Of a stretch of 64,000 nt of DNA, positions 11,795-25,147 are shown piece by piece. Source of the DNA: Saprolegnia diclina VS20 (Eukaryota); contig NW_008246069.1 of NCBI RefSeq assembly GCF_000281045.1, positions 761,274-825,273 on the forward strand, written 5' to 3'. The translations under genes and the position numbers were made by a program. Within the stretch, counting starts at the first letter, position 1; each line of letters opens with the position of its first letter. The notes beneath the pieces were generated by a model, which made no database searches, had not been told where the DNA came from, and saw only the letters and a program-made list of their open reading frames with translations.

Positions 11795-13427
11795 ATGGCT
11801 CCCCGCTTCGACTTCTTCCGGTGACGATGGCCTCATGGCGTGGGAACAACGAGGTTGACGGTGAACATGTGTAGGAAGATCCCCGAAGACCTCCAGACGT
11901 CGTCAGGCACGAGCACCTTCTTCACGATCACGACCGTCGTTGTCATGTTCTACCTCATCGTTGCCGAGTATGCAGCATACCTCGCGTCGTCGTCGCGCAC
12001 CGTTTCGCGGGTAGTCATGGATTCGCACCAGGAAGATCTCTTGCGCATCAACTTCAACATCTCACTGACGTCGATCCCGTGCCATCACGTCTCTGTGGAC
12101 GTGTCGGACCACATGGGCCAGCGCTTCGCCAACATCACGCGTCACATCCGTCGCTTCGAACTTACTGACGAAGGCGGCAGCACTGTGCGCGGTGAAGAAG
12201 TTCTCATGGCCGATCCTAGCTCCGTTCAGCGCTGGGGTGCTGTAACCCACGAGCTCCATGACGGCGAGACAGTCACCCCGAGTCTCAACGACGCCACGTT
12301 CGACGAATTCATGGCGTACGTCGCTCCCACGCCGGAACGGAACTCGTCGTGATTGATTTTCTGTTGTAGCAAGTATGAACTCGTGCTCGTCAACTACTAC
12401 GCCCCGTGGTGCCCGTTCTCTCAGGCGCTGCTGCCGATTTGGGAACAAACTGCACTTCAACTGCAGGACCACCCCGAGTACAGCGAGCGCGTTACGATGG
12501 CGCGTGTCGACTGCACCCAGGACAACGCCGTTAGCCTCTGCCGCCGCGCCCGCATCCACGCCTTTCCGTCCATGATGATCTACATGTACGGCCACACGTT
12601 CACGCGGTACATTTACAACGGCCCTCGGAACGCCGAATCGCTGCTTCTGTTTTTGGACCTCTTTTACCGACGCTTGAACCCGGACGGCGACTTTGCCGAG
12701 GAGGTGATCCCCGAATTTGGCGACCTCTTGCGCTTGGCGGCACCGCAAAACGAGGAGCACGACCACGACCACGAAGGCTGCGAGCTTTCAGGCTCGATCG
12801 CAGTTCAACGCGTACCCGGGAAGCTCGTCTTGTACCCGTACTCTGGGGACCAGTCTTTCGACATGCGCGACATCAACGTCACGCACACGGTACCAACACG
12901 GACAAGGATGGTCTCTGCTCACGCCCGACGATAGATCAACCATTTCTCGTTTGGGCAGTGGAAGTCGACGGAGCAGCGCATGAACAACCCGCGCGCTGTG
13001 CTTTCGACGCATTACCCGATGGACGCGAAGCACTACCGCGCGCTCGACAGCAACATTACCATCGAGCACTATATCAAGGTCCGCATTCGCTTACGTGATC
13101 TGATCTCATAGCTTGTTCTAGATTGTTGGTGTTGACCACATGGACACAATCTCGTTCTTGCACCAGATTCCGGAGCGCATGTACGAATTCTCTGCCAGCA
13201 GCAACCAGTACAACGCGACCAACCAAGTGCCTGCGGCTCTCTTCACGTACGACTCGTCGCCGCTCGTGATTGAGCTCTATACGCAAAGTATGCCCTTCTT
13301 CCGCTTTCTCACGTCCCTCTGCGCGATTGTCGGCGGCGTTTACACAGTCCTCGGCCTCGTCGACGCGGGTGTCTTCCACGCTGTGACGTCCGTCCAGCGC
13401 AAGGCCAAGCTCGGCAAGCTCATCTGA
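11795..13427 (+). CDS. ERGIC/Erv41-Erv46 family protein with central thioredoxin domain (PDI-C type), multi-exon
   Basis: RFDFFRKIPEDL N-terminus; YYAPWCPFS (CxxS) thioredoxin motif; EGCELSGSIAVQRVPG; CAIVGGVYTV; C-terminal KAKLGKLI. Confidence 0.9.
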
Positions 13428-13499
13428 GCGTGGCGCATCACAACTATATAAGCAATAGAGTGAACGTGCGCGTCATTACTGAGATATTCCGATTGCAGT

Positions 13500-14087
13500 T
13501 TACAACTCGTAGACGCGCCCGAGAAGGAACGCGTCGAGGTACTCGCCATTCTTGTAAGCATACCGGCGCAAGCGTCCCTCGATCTGGAACCCGTTCTTCT
13601 CGAGGACGCGGACCGAGCCCGTGTTGGGCGCGTAGACGACCGCAAAGAGGCGCGAGAGGGGCACGGGTGCGTGCGTTCGTAGGTACACCTCCACAAACCC
13701 GTCGAGAAACGTCGCGACGACGTGCGTCATGAGGCCGCGACCCCAGAAGCTCTTTCCGAGCCAGTAGCCGACCTCGCCCGAGTGTTCTTGAACGTCGCTT
13801 TTGACGTCCATGCCAATACCGCCAATGGCTTCACGCGTGCCCGACACCTTGTGCTGGCGAACAATTGCAAAGAGGCGCTCCGTTGCCGTACTGGAGGCAT
13901 ACGCGAGAAAGCTCATTGCGTTGTCGCTGGTGTAGGGGTGCGGAAACCGGTTTGCCAAGAATTTGGCCACTTCCGCGTCGTTGGCGTGGTGTACAAGATC
14001 GTCCATGTAGTCGCTCGACCAGTTGGTCAGGACATACTGGTAGTCAGCGTCATCCGTCACGAGCAGCTCGAGTTGCTTCGCGTTCAT
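13500..14087 (-). CDS. GNAT N-acetyltransferase (RimJ/RimL-like), intronless
   Basis: GEVGYWLGKSFWGRGLMT acetyl-CoA motif; NTGSVRVLEKNGFQIEG. Confidence 0.9.
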   Translation of the reverse strand: MNAKQLELLVTDDADYQYVLTNWSSDYMDDLVHHANDAEVAKFLANRFPHPYTSDNAMSFLAYASSTATERLFAIVRQHKVSGTREAIGGIGMDVKSDVQEHSGEVGYWLGKSFWGRGLMTHVVATFLDGFVEVYLRTHAPVPLSRLFAVVYAPNTGSVRVLEKNGFQIEGRLRRYAYKNGEYLDAFLLGRVYEL

Positions 14088-14367
14088 GTTCTCTTCGTCT
14101 CGTCCAATAGCAATGTGCTCTAGTGGTCTGCAGGAAGAGTCGCATCAACCACAAGCGCGCCACGAAGCACCGCAAAAAAGCGTGTGGCCGGGCTCTTTCC
14201 ACCAGCACTCCGGCGGCGACGCGGAGTGATGGTTCCAACAATAGTGCATGCTGATTGGGCTTCTCGAAGCATCGTCACAGAATATTGGCCAATCGACGGC
14301 ATTCAAGGAGGGGGGACCCCCGTCAGCGATATCTTGGTGTTGCGTATAGAAACATGAAGAGAAGGCG

Positions 14368-16602
14368 ATGGGGCCCATTACTCTTCGATTCGACGGAGGA
14401 CCCCGCAGCGGCCGAACCGGCAACCCGACGACGAGCTTTGACCCTTGCGGCGACTCTCTTCCTCGATCTCACATGTCCCTTCGCGTGGCGCAGCTCAAGG
14501 TGAAGGCGTCGTCGCACCCTGTGGCCGACTGGTGCGTCTGCGCTACGATGGTGCCCATTTCGCTCACGTCTTGTGCGCCTAGGCACTCGGACCCTGGTGG
14601 CTTCAACAGCGACGACCTTGGCAGCGTCAGCGTCTTTGTGCAGATAGGGATTAACGATCCCCGCGATCGCAAGGTACACAGTTGCAGCGCCGTGGCGACT
14701 TCATGGACGTACATCCGGTACTAGATCAAACTCGTGCTCAAACCGTGGGCGTGCGTCAAGGACATGAAGGATCAGCTCCAGGCCATGCTCAACATCCCGA
14801 CCTCGGCGCAGCAGCTTTATTTCAAGGGCACGGAGCTCAACAACGTGCGGAACCTGATGCAGTGCGGCATTTACCAGGACAAGGTCGTCGTCCATCTCGT
14901 CGTCTCGGCCAACGCGCGCAAGAAGCAGAAAAATGTCTTCACGATCCACCCGTACGGCAACCACGTGTTCCCCAAAACGATCATGAAGGCTGCGCACCTC
15001 GCGATGCAGGGCCTAGCGCTTGGTCTCGTGCCTGAACTCGCCATGGATGGCACAGGTGGCACGTACTTCCTCAAAGACCCGACCCAGCGCAAAGTCTGCT
15101 GCTTCAAACCCCAAAACGAAGAGCCGTTTGCGCCCATGAATCCCCGTGGTTTCGTTGCAGCGCTTGGCGAGTCGGGTTTCCGCAAAGGCGTTCTCTCGGG
15201 TGAGGCGTGCGAGCGGGAAGTTGCCGCTTACTTTCTCGACAAGGTGCTCCGTTCGGATTACCAGACATACTAACGTGCGGACATGCTTAGGACCACTTTG
15301 CCGGAGTTCCAGCGACCACTCTGACTGAGATCAAGCACCCAGGTCCGTTGCTAGAGTACGTGAACCTGGTTACTCACCACGTCGCCAGCGTTTCGCTATG
15401 GTGAAGCCGAAGTCGTGTACAAGATGGGGTCACTCCAGGTGCGTACTTCTCCAAGGACGGTCCGATCTGATCGCTGTTGTCGTAGGAGTTTGTGCGTCAC
15501 GACGACGTGGTCTCGGACCTCTCGCCGTCCATGTTCTCCGCGCACCAAGTGCACAAAATCGTGCTGCTCGACATGCGGTGCGTGTGCTTCGTACCTTTCT
15601 GTTTCGCTACATCATACGTCGTAGCATTGTAAATACGGATCGAAACGACGCTAACATCCTCGTGCGGAAGCGCCGAAACGCCAACGGCGACGTGGAGCAC
15701 GAGCTGATTCCGATTGACCACGGGTACAGCCTCCCCGACTACATGGAGGTAAGCACGCGATGGCACTGCGAGCCAGGGACGATGCTCGGCTCGTAGATTG
15801 CGTGGTGCGACTGGTGCTGGTACAACTGGCCGCAGCTAAAGGTACACGATTCGATTATTTTCACAGCTACGACATGAACAAATTCGGTAGGTGCCACTAA
15901 GCGAGGAAGACCGGCAGTACATTCTTGGCATTAACGTCGACCAAGAGATTCAGCGGCTCTGTGCGCAGATCCCGCTGCGGTCGCCTTGCCGACGGTACCA
16001 TCGCGCTTGTAATCGAGCGCTAACAACTCGAACTGTTTAGGAATTTGAAGATCGCAGGCATGCTTGTCGAAAAGGGTGTTCGGCGCCGCGTGATTTTGTA
16101 CGATTTGGTGCGCTTTATGTGCCGTGAAGACCTCGACGCTCCATCGCGCCTTGAGCTCTTGTGCCAAGAGGCATTGCGCCAGGCGTGCTCGCCCAAGCCG
16201 AGTCCACGCAACACACTTCAGCGCAAGGCCAACGGAAAGCCCAATCTGTCCATTGACATCGGTGCGCCGCCGGACGAGGCGCACACCCTCTTGTCGCCGC
16301 CAGGGTTTTGGGCCTCCTTTGATCCCTTTAGCGACGCACCGCTGGGCGTGACGAGTCCGATTGGAAGCCCGAAGCAGGGTAGCCTCCATTTACAGTCGTG
16401 GGAGACGCTCTCGAGTACTTTCTTCCACGCAGACGTCCAAGATATGTTTGGCCGCCGCCCCAGCAGCGACCCACCGACGCCTGCCGACTCGGACACCACC
16501 CGAAACGCGCTCTTGGACGCTGATCCTAAAATCGAGAAGCTATATATGCTCCTTGTCGCCCGCATGCTCGACGACGAAATCGAGGCAATGGTTGTCCGGT
16601 AA
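14368..16602 (+). CDS. Type II phosphatidylinositol 4-kinase gamma-like protein with ubiquitin-like domain, multi-exon
   Basis: Ubl-like VKDMKDQLQAMLNIPTSAQQLYFKG; DGTGGTYF, FKPQNEEP, EREVAAYFLD, NTDRNDANIL, IPIDHGYSLP. Confidence 0.88.
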
Positions 16603-16696
16603 TAATACACGAGCACCAACGCGATAACTTAAATCCGCCCGTTCGTTGCAAAGCCCACGCACACTCAACCAATCATTGTTGTTTCGCTGGCCCATC

Positions 16697-18056
16697 CTAG
16701 TCTTCGCTCGTCACTGGGCTTTTGAGGTGGGACATCATGCCCGCTGTCTTCACCAAGTTCTTCATGCGCATGTGCTTGCCCTTGCCTTGCGAGTCGACCT
16801 AAGCCAATTCGAGTCAGCGACGCTGCAGTTCGTGTCTCTCTAACCCGACGTTGGTTGACGACCTCGATAGGTGGTGGCAAGTTCGCACTCTCAAAGAAGC
16901 GCTCCCAGTCGCCCAGGGGTACACCCGCAGCCGACCGCAGAAACTTTAGCGCCGTCTAAGGACCGACGCAAATAACACTCTTGTCATCTCCACCAAATGC
17001 GCAGCAATGCACCTGTGTCGCGTCCGCTTCGAGCTCGTCCTCGTAGAGGCAAAGCACGAGACCCAGGAGGAGACCGGGTTGGAACTCGTGGCCTTGGTTC
17101 ACACTCTATCTCAACGTCGATGACAGTGAACGTAGTACAAGAGCTGTACATCTCGAATGCTATTGGCGAGAAAAAGAAGCGCTGGAGCTGGCGAAGAGCC
17201 GGTGGGTGTAAACTTGAGCACCAGTGAGAGATAGCCCGTGAACCATGTCGAGTCCTCGACGGCGACGTGGATGCGATCTTGGCGGTCGGCTTCAGCACGC
17301 TCGCGCATCGCAAAGAGATCACCCGGCAGGTCGCGCTGGAGCTTGAAGTGTGTAAACTTGAGGCAAAAGTTTTGCCAACGATCGTTGGCAAGCGCACGAA
17401 GAAGGACGAGAAGCTGCTGCGAAAACACTTGCTTGGTGCGCTCGCGGGCTCGCACGATGTCCTGAAGTCGCTCAACGCCGTGTGGCGATCGGTTATCATT
17501 GTTTCCATGGGTGGGTATCGGGTTGCTTCCCGTGTTGTTATGATCTCGGCCCAGCAAGTGCAGTGCCACAAACGAGTTCAAGCTGGACTTGCTCGCGCTC
17601 GCCCCCAGTCCCGACGTAGTTGGCACCAAGCTGTCCAGCGACTGCGCGAGGTCGGCCACATATGTGGAACGCCGAGGAGGTTCGTTTGGGAGACTCAAGC
17701 TTGTGCCGCTGGCCTTTGAGAGTGTAGTATTCTCGAGCATTGCTTGCGACGCACTCATTGCATGGCTCTTGGTCAGTGTATGTGCTTCTGACTCGGTTTT
17801 GGCCCGAAACTCGAGAAACGATGGCAGCTGTGGCACCGACGGTACCTGAGGCTTTCGCGTCGTGTATGGCAGGTACGGCATCGCCTCACCCTGGCTTGTC
17901 GTTCGCTCGACGTCGCTCGGCGTTCTACAGCAGCACATTTGCGTTCTGTGGGTAGTGGCAAACATACTTGGGCACGATGGCATGGCTAAAAACAGACGCG
18001 CCGTACTTAACGCAGCAGCGACGCGCAGTTCCTTCGTGAATAGCTTGTGTGAGCAT
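16697..18056 (-). CDS. Hypothetical protein, multi-exon (start uncertain)
   Basis: Core of ORF 17111..18388 plus spliced downstream exons ending ...SHLKSPVTSED*; no recognised domain. Confidence 0.5.
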
Positions 18057-18408
18057 TGCGAACGATGGGTCGTGCGTCGAGCGGTGCGGGCACTGTAGAT
18101 GAATGATGTGACTTGGCGAGTACTGCGGCAAGGCGTAGCAGTCCCCCTTTTCTTTGGAAAAGTCGAGCTTGTAGTGGGTCCTACATACGACCTGTTACGA
18201 TTTCGACCAGGTGCAGGAATGCCATACGAAGCCTCTGCTCGAAGCTCTGCGCTCTTCGTCGGGGTGTGCTGGCTTTCATTGAGCACATGGGGCGAGCGCA
18301 AATTTGGGGACAATTTCATGTGTAGATCAGGCTTCCCTAGCGGGCGATAGGGGATTGCATTCGGGCTCCCCCAGCCCGTTCGCGCCACCTAGTCTTTCTA
18401 GCACACGA

Positions 18409-19662
18409 ATGTACGGGTACGCGGATCCGTTGTCTACCGGCTCTGGCGTCTCCAAGTCTAGGAACGCTTTCGACGGGAACGTGATGTGAAACTGGCTCCG
18501 CGTGCGCACGCTGCGGTCGAGAGCCTTCTGCTAGGCATTGTGAGATAACGGAGAGTTTTTCTTGGATGGAGCCACGTACCGGCGTCTTGGTTGTCGGTGT
18601 CATTGGCTTGGTCGGCGACATTGCTGGTGGGCAAGGCTTGGTTGGCGACATTTTGCAACAGCTAATTTTAGACGAGCAGGCGATGGTTTTGACGGACGCA
18701 GAGATCGAGCGGGAGCAACGCATGCTTACGGAGCTCCACGCGATGCGTCGAGCACCACAGGCTCTCTCAACGCTCTCCAAGAAGCGTCTGCGAATACCTC
18801 GAGCTGACAATGACAACCCATTTTGCGCCGAGCGCCAGGTAGCAGACGCCAGCAGCCTCGCCCGCTTCAACAAGGTACTGGACAGCTTTCACATTCATGC
18901 GGGTCATAATACGAGATAGAACCCGCAACTGCATGCACCGCCGCCCTCGCCTCGGAAAGCACACCCACGCAACCACTCAGATGTATCTTGTTCAATGTCC
19001 GCAGTATCGAGTTAACATGCTCGCTAGAACCGAGGAAGCGCACAAGTCAAGACCGTACTCTTTCCTGCGTACGGTGGCGCTGTCACTGTGCGGCTGAGCA
19101 GCGCTGACACAAACCCTACGTTTGCGGTCATTTCGATCTGCAGAAGGCTAAGCGCTACGTAGACTCCTTGACGTGCCGACAAAAAAGCCCATAGTGACCT
19201 TTGGTCACCGTCCTCAGGTACTTGCTGTACAAGGCAGAATGATATCCCAACGTAAAGCTAGTCTGCGTCGCGCCATTTCGACCCGGGATCGCTCCGGCTG
19301 AATGTATCGGCAGAAAGAAGTGCGGCACCAAAACTACCATCCAGTAACGTCGGCATGCCGGCTGCCGCCTTGCGCTCACTGCTTCACCCGCCAAAGCCCA
19401 AGCCAGCGCCGGCACCGCCCTTGGTGGAGACTCTGGACAGCCTCGACACGGCTGCTTCGAAGCTGCTGGAGCTCGTGAGTGCTCGTCGCGTCGTCTCCGG
19501 ATATGTGATGCAATAACGTATTAGGAGCGAGGTTTCAACAACCGACAGCACCACCCAACGAAAGTGCGCACTGAGAGTCTGCTGAATGTCCCTACCGATG
19601 CAAGTGTTGCCGAGCTCTTACAGAAATACCGCAAGCTATCTGCTGGTGCCGATCTAGGGTAG
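18409..19662 (+). CDS. Hypothetical protein, multi-exon (start uncertain)
   Basis: ORF 18566..18919 and exons bounded by GT..AG, ending ...VAELLQKYRKLSAGADLG*. Confidence 0.45.
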
Positions 19663-20026
19663 TAATATTGTCCAAGACGAAACATTTATGTGCACTTTGA
19701 TTTGCAAACCCTATATTGTCTGTCAGTGGTGCGTGAAAATGCTGTTCAAATTCAGCAATGTAAACGCTTTGCAGAATGACTACACCGCACACACCTCACT
19801 AAATGACAGTAGATTATGCACTAGGTTGGATAGTACTGTACTGTACTAGTGCATGCCAAGCTCTCGTAAAACGCTGCATGCGTCCAGCATCATCATTTCG
19901 ATGAATAATACGCTTAGCTTTAGAAACCACGGCGTTAAGTAGCCAAGAGAGCTGCACAAAAAGGACGACGCAACACATGATTCAGCTATATTTCGTTTTC
20001 TGTCTACGCACATCTGCCTCTCTACT

Positions 20027-22421
20027 CTAAAAGTCGGGGTCCCAACTACAGGGCTCGGCTTCAAAATTCTCTTCGCCTATTCGCTCAAAGTACGACGCGT
20101 CAACGTTGGACTTGAGCTGCGGCACGATCGGCGGCGTGAGTCGTTGCTTTAGGAGACCGTCCCAGTCGTATCCCGAGAACCACCGGTGGTTCATGATGTC
20201 GTGGACTCCGTGTTTCAAGTTTCCAAGCCGCCGGACCGGGTTTTGCGTCAGTAGTTTCTGGATCAGGTCGACGCTCGTACGGCTACCAGTGCATAAGATT
20301 GGATCCCACCTAACTGTGAAGAGTACCCAAATGTGACGGGAAATTTGATGTTGCCCGTGAGCACGAGCGAGTAGACTTGCATGGGGTCGTCAGCGTAGAA
20401 CGGCACGGTGCCAGCAATGAGCTCGTAGATGAGAATTCCCAGCGCCCAATAGTCGACAGCCTTGTCGTGGCCGCGATTGAGAATGATCTCGGGAGCCAAG
20501 TAGTCTGGTGTCCCACAAAGCGTCCACGTTCGGTCGTTCACGACTTTCGCAAGACCAAAGTCCACGACCTAAACAGTTGCATCAGGCGACACAATCACAT
20601 TGATAGGTTGATACTTTTAGGAACCCGCGCGCGTCGAGAATGAGGTTCTCGGGCTTGAGATCGCGGTATGCAATCGCCTTGGTGTGCATGTGCTCGAACG
20701 CGAGTACAACGGACGCGATGTAGAAACGCGCACTGGCCTCATCAAACTTTTCGCGCCGGCGCAAAAACGTAAACAGCTCGCCGCCAAGCGCGAGCTCGAG
20801 AAGAAAGTACACGTACATAGCGTCCTTGTACGTGTGGTGGAGCTTGAGAATGAACGGGTGGTCAAGCATCATCATGACGCGCTTCTCATTCACGACGTGC
20901 TCCTTGAGGTTGTTGGACACAATATGCGACTTGACGAGGCACTTGAGCGCAAAGGTCTGGTGCGACGGGCGATGTTGCACAAGCTTGACGCGCCCGAATG
21001 CACCGCTCCCCAGCGTCTGCATGATCTCGAGATCCGCGAGTTCGACGTCGACCGCGTACTTGATTGACGACCGGCTTTCGACTGCGAGCGAGTTCTTTTT
21101 CGGCGGTGCCTGTGGTTGCTCGGAGCGCTCCATAAGTTCCTACACCATTATCAGCGTCGTCCCTCTCTGAGGGAGCGTAGTCGACCTGAAGAGACCCGAG
21201 GAGCGCGCAAAAGTGCTCCCGTGCAAGCGTCAATAGCTGCACTGCCGAGGTGCTCGTGCACGTTGCCGATCGCGTCTCGTCCTTGAAGAGCGCCATTTCG
21301 CCAAAATGCTCGCCGACGGTGAGGTACCGCAGCACCTCGTCGTCTTGCGTCTCAGCGCTGCGCTTACTCACGCACACCTCGCCGGACGTGATGAGGTAAA
21401 AGTAGTCGCCGACTTCGCCTTCGCGCAATAGCACCGTGTCAGGCGAGTACTCTTCCCACTGCATCGCCGCTGCCACGCGCGTGAGCTCGGCCGACGAAAG
21501 CTTGTCAAAGACCGACACTTGGCGCAGAAACTGGAACGCCTTCTCGTGTCGAATGCTCTCGTGGTACGTGCAGATGTTGCGGAAAACGAGACGGTCAAGC
21601 GCCCAGAGCACAACAGGCGTCGTCGACTTGATCGTCGCTGCGCGCGGTGTGTTGCAGAGAAGCGCCAACTCGCCAAAGCCCATGCCAGGCGCCATTTGAC
21701 CAAATTTGATGGGCGCGTTGCCTTTGAGCGACACGAGAATGTCGAGTGTGCCTACAAAACAGAAACGCAATTATTCAGTGAGCTGGTTTTCCTCGTCAGC
21801 GCACCAGACTGAACGACGTAAAAGTGGTCACCTTGATCGCCTTGAGTGATGACCTGCAGCCACAGTTTTCTTAGAACGAGGTACTGCACTGTCGTTAGCA
21901 CCGTACCTCGACGCCGGGCGGCTTTTCGACGCACATGAAGGCGTCGACGCAGTCGTTTTGCTCCCCGAGCGACAGCCCATTGAAGAGGATATTTTGCTGG
22001 ATGACCTAGACCCGGCTTGGATCGATGATTTCGAACGCACGCGACCACGTACCTTGAGAATGAGCTCGCGCGACGCGTCCGACTTGGGAAACACCGTTTT
22101 CTCAAAGCCTGCAACCTTCTTGGTCATGATGATCTCGGCACTCACTTCGACGCGCCGCTTCATGGGAGACGCGTCTGCGGGCTTGGGCAATGCCACGATC
22201 GCAAACGACTTGTGGCTCTTCTGGGACCTTGTCGCGTCAATGGACACGGTGTTGGAGACTGAGGTCCGCACAGCTCGTCCGACTTCGCTTTCCTTGGCGG
22301 CCTTGGCGGCGTCAAGCTCCTTGGTGAGCTCGCGCAGCTTGGCGACCTCGGCTTCCTTGGCCTGCAGTGCTTCCTGAAGCTGCAGCATCTGGCGCTGCTG
22401 CGTCGAAGAGCCGCCCCCCAT
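20027..22421 (-). CDS. Cyclic-nucleotide-dependent protein kinase (PKG-like architecture), multi-exon
   Basis: MGGGSS start, coiled coil, KRRVEVSAE autoinhibitory-like site, two CNB domains (FGELAL..PRAAT; FGEMAL..TRSAT), AGC kinase ([25 protein letters not shown]), C-terminal WDPDF. Confidence 0.92.
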
Positions 22422-22943
22422 CTCGCCTCGGGCGTTGTTGTACTTTCTCGTTGGCCAGTGACCGATGAAAATAGCCGCCATAAGATGGTCGTTTCGCGTG
22501 AAACGCGTGCCGCTTCAGAGATGTTATATTCGGCAGACGCCGCAGATGTTCAAACCACGAAATGGTAATGCAGTCTTGGACCAATATGGTCTTGGACGCT
22601 TCTCTAGGACGCGTGTCAAGTAAAGGATAACCCAAAGACTAATGAAGATGATGACATTTGAGTTGATTGCAAGCCTGTGCCACGGGCCTGTGCACCAATG
22701 CTGCACTTGTCCATATGCGCGAGTTTGAAGTTCCATGGATTATATCGGTGAAAATGTATCGCCGGCCGACCAGGCGCATAGTATTTCCCCGTATACTCAA
22801 CCAAGAAGTGGATGAATTCTGCATTCGCGCACCTAAGCGTCACGTGCACGATCACTGGACAGATGCAGGGACTGCCATCCGGATAATCCAGGTAGACGCA
22901 TCAACAAATGTCATATCCACTTTGCCGTCGCCAGTCGAGCAGC

Positions 22944-25147
22944 ATGGGCAACAAGCAAGGCAAGCCAGCGCGGTCCAAGTCCGTTGGCGATAAGCCGGTC
23001 ACCAACAAAGCAAAGGAGACGACCGACAAGATCGTGCCCAGCAACGAGACAGCGACGCCCGAGAGCCCGCCAGACCAGGAGGAAATCATCGAACAGTGGA
23101 AGGTGCTTCCACCCTTAGTCTACCGCCGCCTTATGCGTTCAATTAGCTCTTCAACGACCTCGAAAACCGCGAAGAGGCCGATGTGGTACATGGCACTGCG
23201 CCTTCTGAACGTACCTCACATCATTGTAGCTTCAACTGTCGCGCTTCCTGCAAGCACTGCATGACCACATGCCTGCTTCCACGACGACGGCAAGCGCCAA
23301 GCCGACGCTACAGAAGCTCATTTCGTCCGACGAGCACATTGGGCCGATTGACATTTCCGACTTGTACAAGGGCGTGCACCTGGACCAGCCACTGTCGCTT
23401 GCGGTAGGCCTACACAGTTCACTAGTGTGCGTCGACGCTCATGGCCTCTAGAATGTGCACGGCCTCATCGGGAGCTTTAAGCGTGCGGCAAGTCTCCACC
23501 GATCGTACGTCGTTCAGATCCTTGGCGACGCCACGCGGCTGCTCCAAGCCCTTCCGAATGTGCAGCGCGCATCGATCGCACCTGCCAAGCACATTACCAT
23601 CATCGGGTTGGCTCCATGTGGCGAGATGCATCGTACAGAAGTATGGAATAGGGACCTTCACGGGCAGCTCGACGATTTGCTCTTGATCCTGCGCGAGAAC
23701 GGCCTTCCGTCGGCGACTAACCCGTATATCTTCAACGGTGACTTTGTCGACCGCGGCGCATCGTCGATCGAAGTCGTGCTTCTTCTGCTGAGCCTCTTTG
23801 TGCTCTACCCGCGCCACGTCTTCTTGAACCGCGGCAATCACGAGGACGAGTCTGTCAACGAGCGCTTTGGCTTCAAGAAGGTAACATGTCTCATGCGCAC
23901 GCGGCGCTTCACGCACCTGGGTAGGAATGCCTGGCCAAGTACGACGTTGAGATTTACGATCTCTTCTCGCTCTGCTTCCAGCAGCTTCCGGTAAATCGTA
24001 CGCATTCATTGTGTCGCACTCAAGTCTCTGCTTGGCATAGATCGCGACGGTCCTCGACGACCGCGTTCTCGTCTTGCACGGCGGCCTTCCGCGCTGGCAC
24101 CCGCTCCTTGCCGACTGGGACGCCATCCCTCGCGCCGATTTCTTTGGCACGAAACACACCAACCGGTCTTTGAAAGGGACGCTGTCACACACGGACCAGG
24201 CGATGCAGTCGGTTTGCGACATCCTCTGGAGCGACCCGCAGCCGGAGCGCGGCTGGAAAGAGAGCTTCCGCGGCGCGGGCATCCAGTACGGCCCGGATCT
24301 CGTCAAAGACTTCCTCGCGACCAACGCGCTCGCGCTCATCGTGCGGTCGCACGAGTGCGTCCCCAACGGCTTTGCGTGGCCCTTTGGCGAGGAGACGCCG
24401 CTCGTGACGCTCTTCTCGGCCTCCAACTACACGCGCACAGGCAACGCAGGGGCCTTCATGCACCTTCCTGCTGACGCAACCGAGCCGCCGACATTCCACC
24501 GGTACCGGGCGACGGCGTCGGAGCACGACTTTATTGGCGGCAACCTCGACGGCCTCTACTCGGTCATCCTTTCGCATCGGGACGAGCTGCGCACGGCGTT
24601 TGAAGCCGAGGACGCGAGCAAGAGAGGGCTCGTGTCTGTGGACACGTGGCAGCGTGTCATGGAAGATGTCCTCCACATGGGCTTGGACTGGGCCAAGCTC
24701 CTCCCACTCGTGACATCCGTGGACCACGGGGACGTGGCGTACATCGCGTTCCTCGACCGCTACCAGTCGTCGGCGACAGCCGCAACGCCAGCAAAGCGCC
24801 AGGCATTCAACTCGCTTTATCGGCACCGATACCGCATCGAAGCGCTCTTCCATGCGCTGGACCGCGACGGCAACGGAGTCATCACGCTCGACGAATTCCA
24901 AGACGGCCTCGCGATCCTCAACCAACACCTCCCGAAGGACATATTGCCCTTTGATCACCCGGACGAGCTCCTCCGTGCCATTGACTTTAGCCACGACAAC
25001 CGCGTCAACATCAACGAGTTCATGGAGTGCTTCCGCCTCCACGCCAACCTCACGGTCCAGGCCAAGTGGCGCCGCGCCCGCACCAAGCTCAAAGCCATGC
25101 ACCACCTCGGCATGCTCAAGCCTGCGGTGCGGGCCGACGTCGCATGA
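22944..25147 (+). CDS. PPEF: PPEF/RdgC-type Ser/Thr phosphatase with EF-hands, paralog 1
   Basis: GDLHGQ, GDFVDRG, RGNHE, HGG, WSDP, RSHE, FSASNY; EF-hands DRDGNGVITLDE and DFSHDNRVNINE; MG start. Confidence 0.92.

Noticed and set aside
17111..18388. 425 aa ORF taken as a single-exon gene
   Set aside because: It starts at a non-ATG codon, runs through probable introns and 5' noncoding DNA; only the core appears coding.
18601..18651. 30 bp-spaced duplication encoding GLVGDI twice
   Set aside because: Minor internal duplication in a hypothetical gene; no wider pattern.
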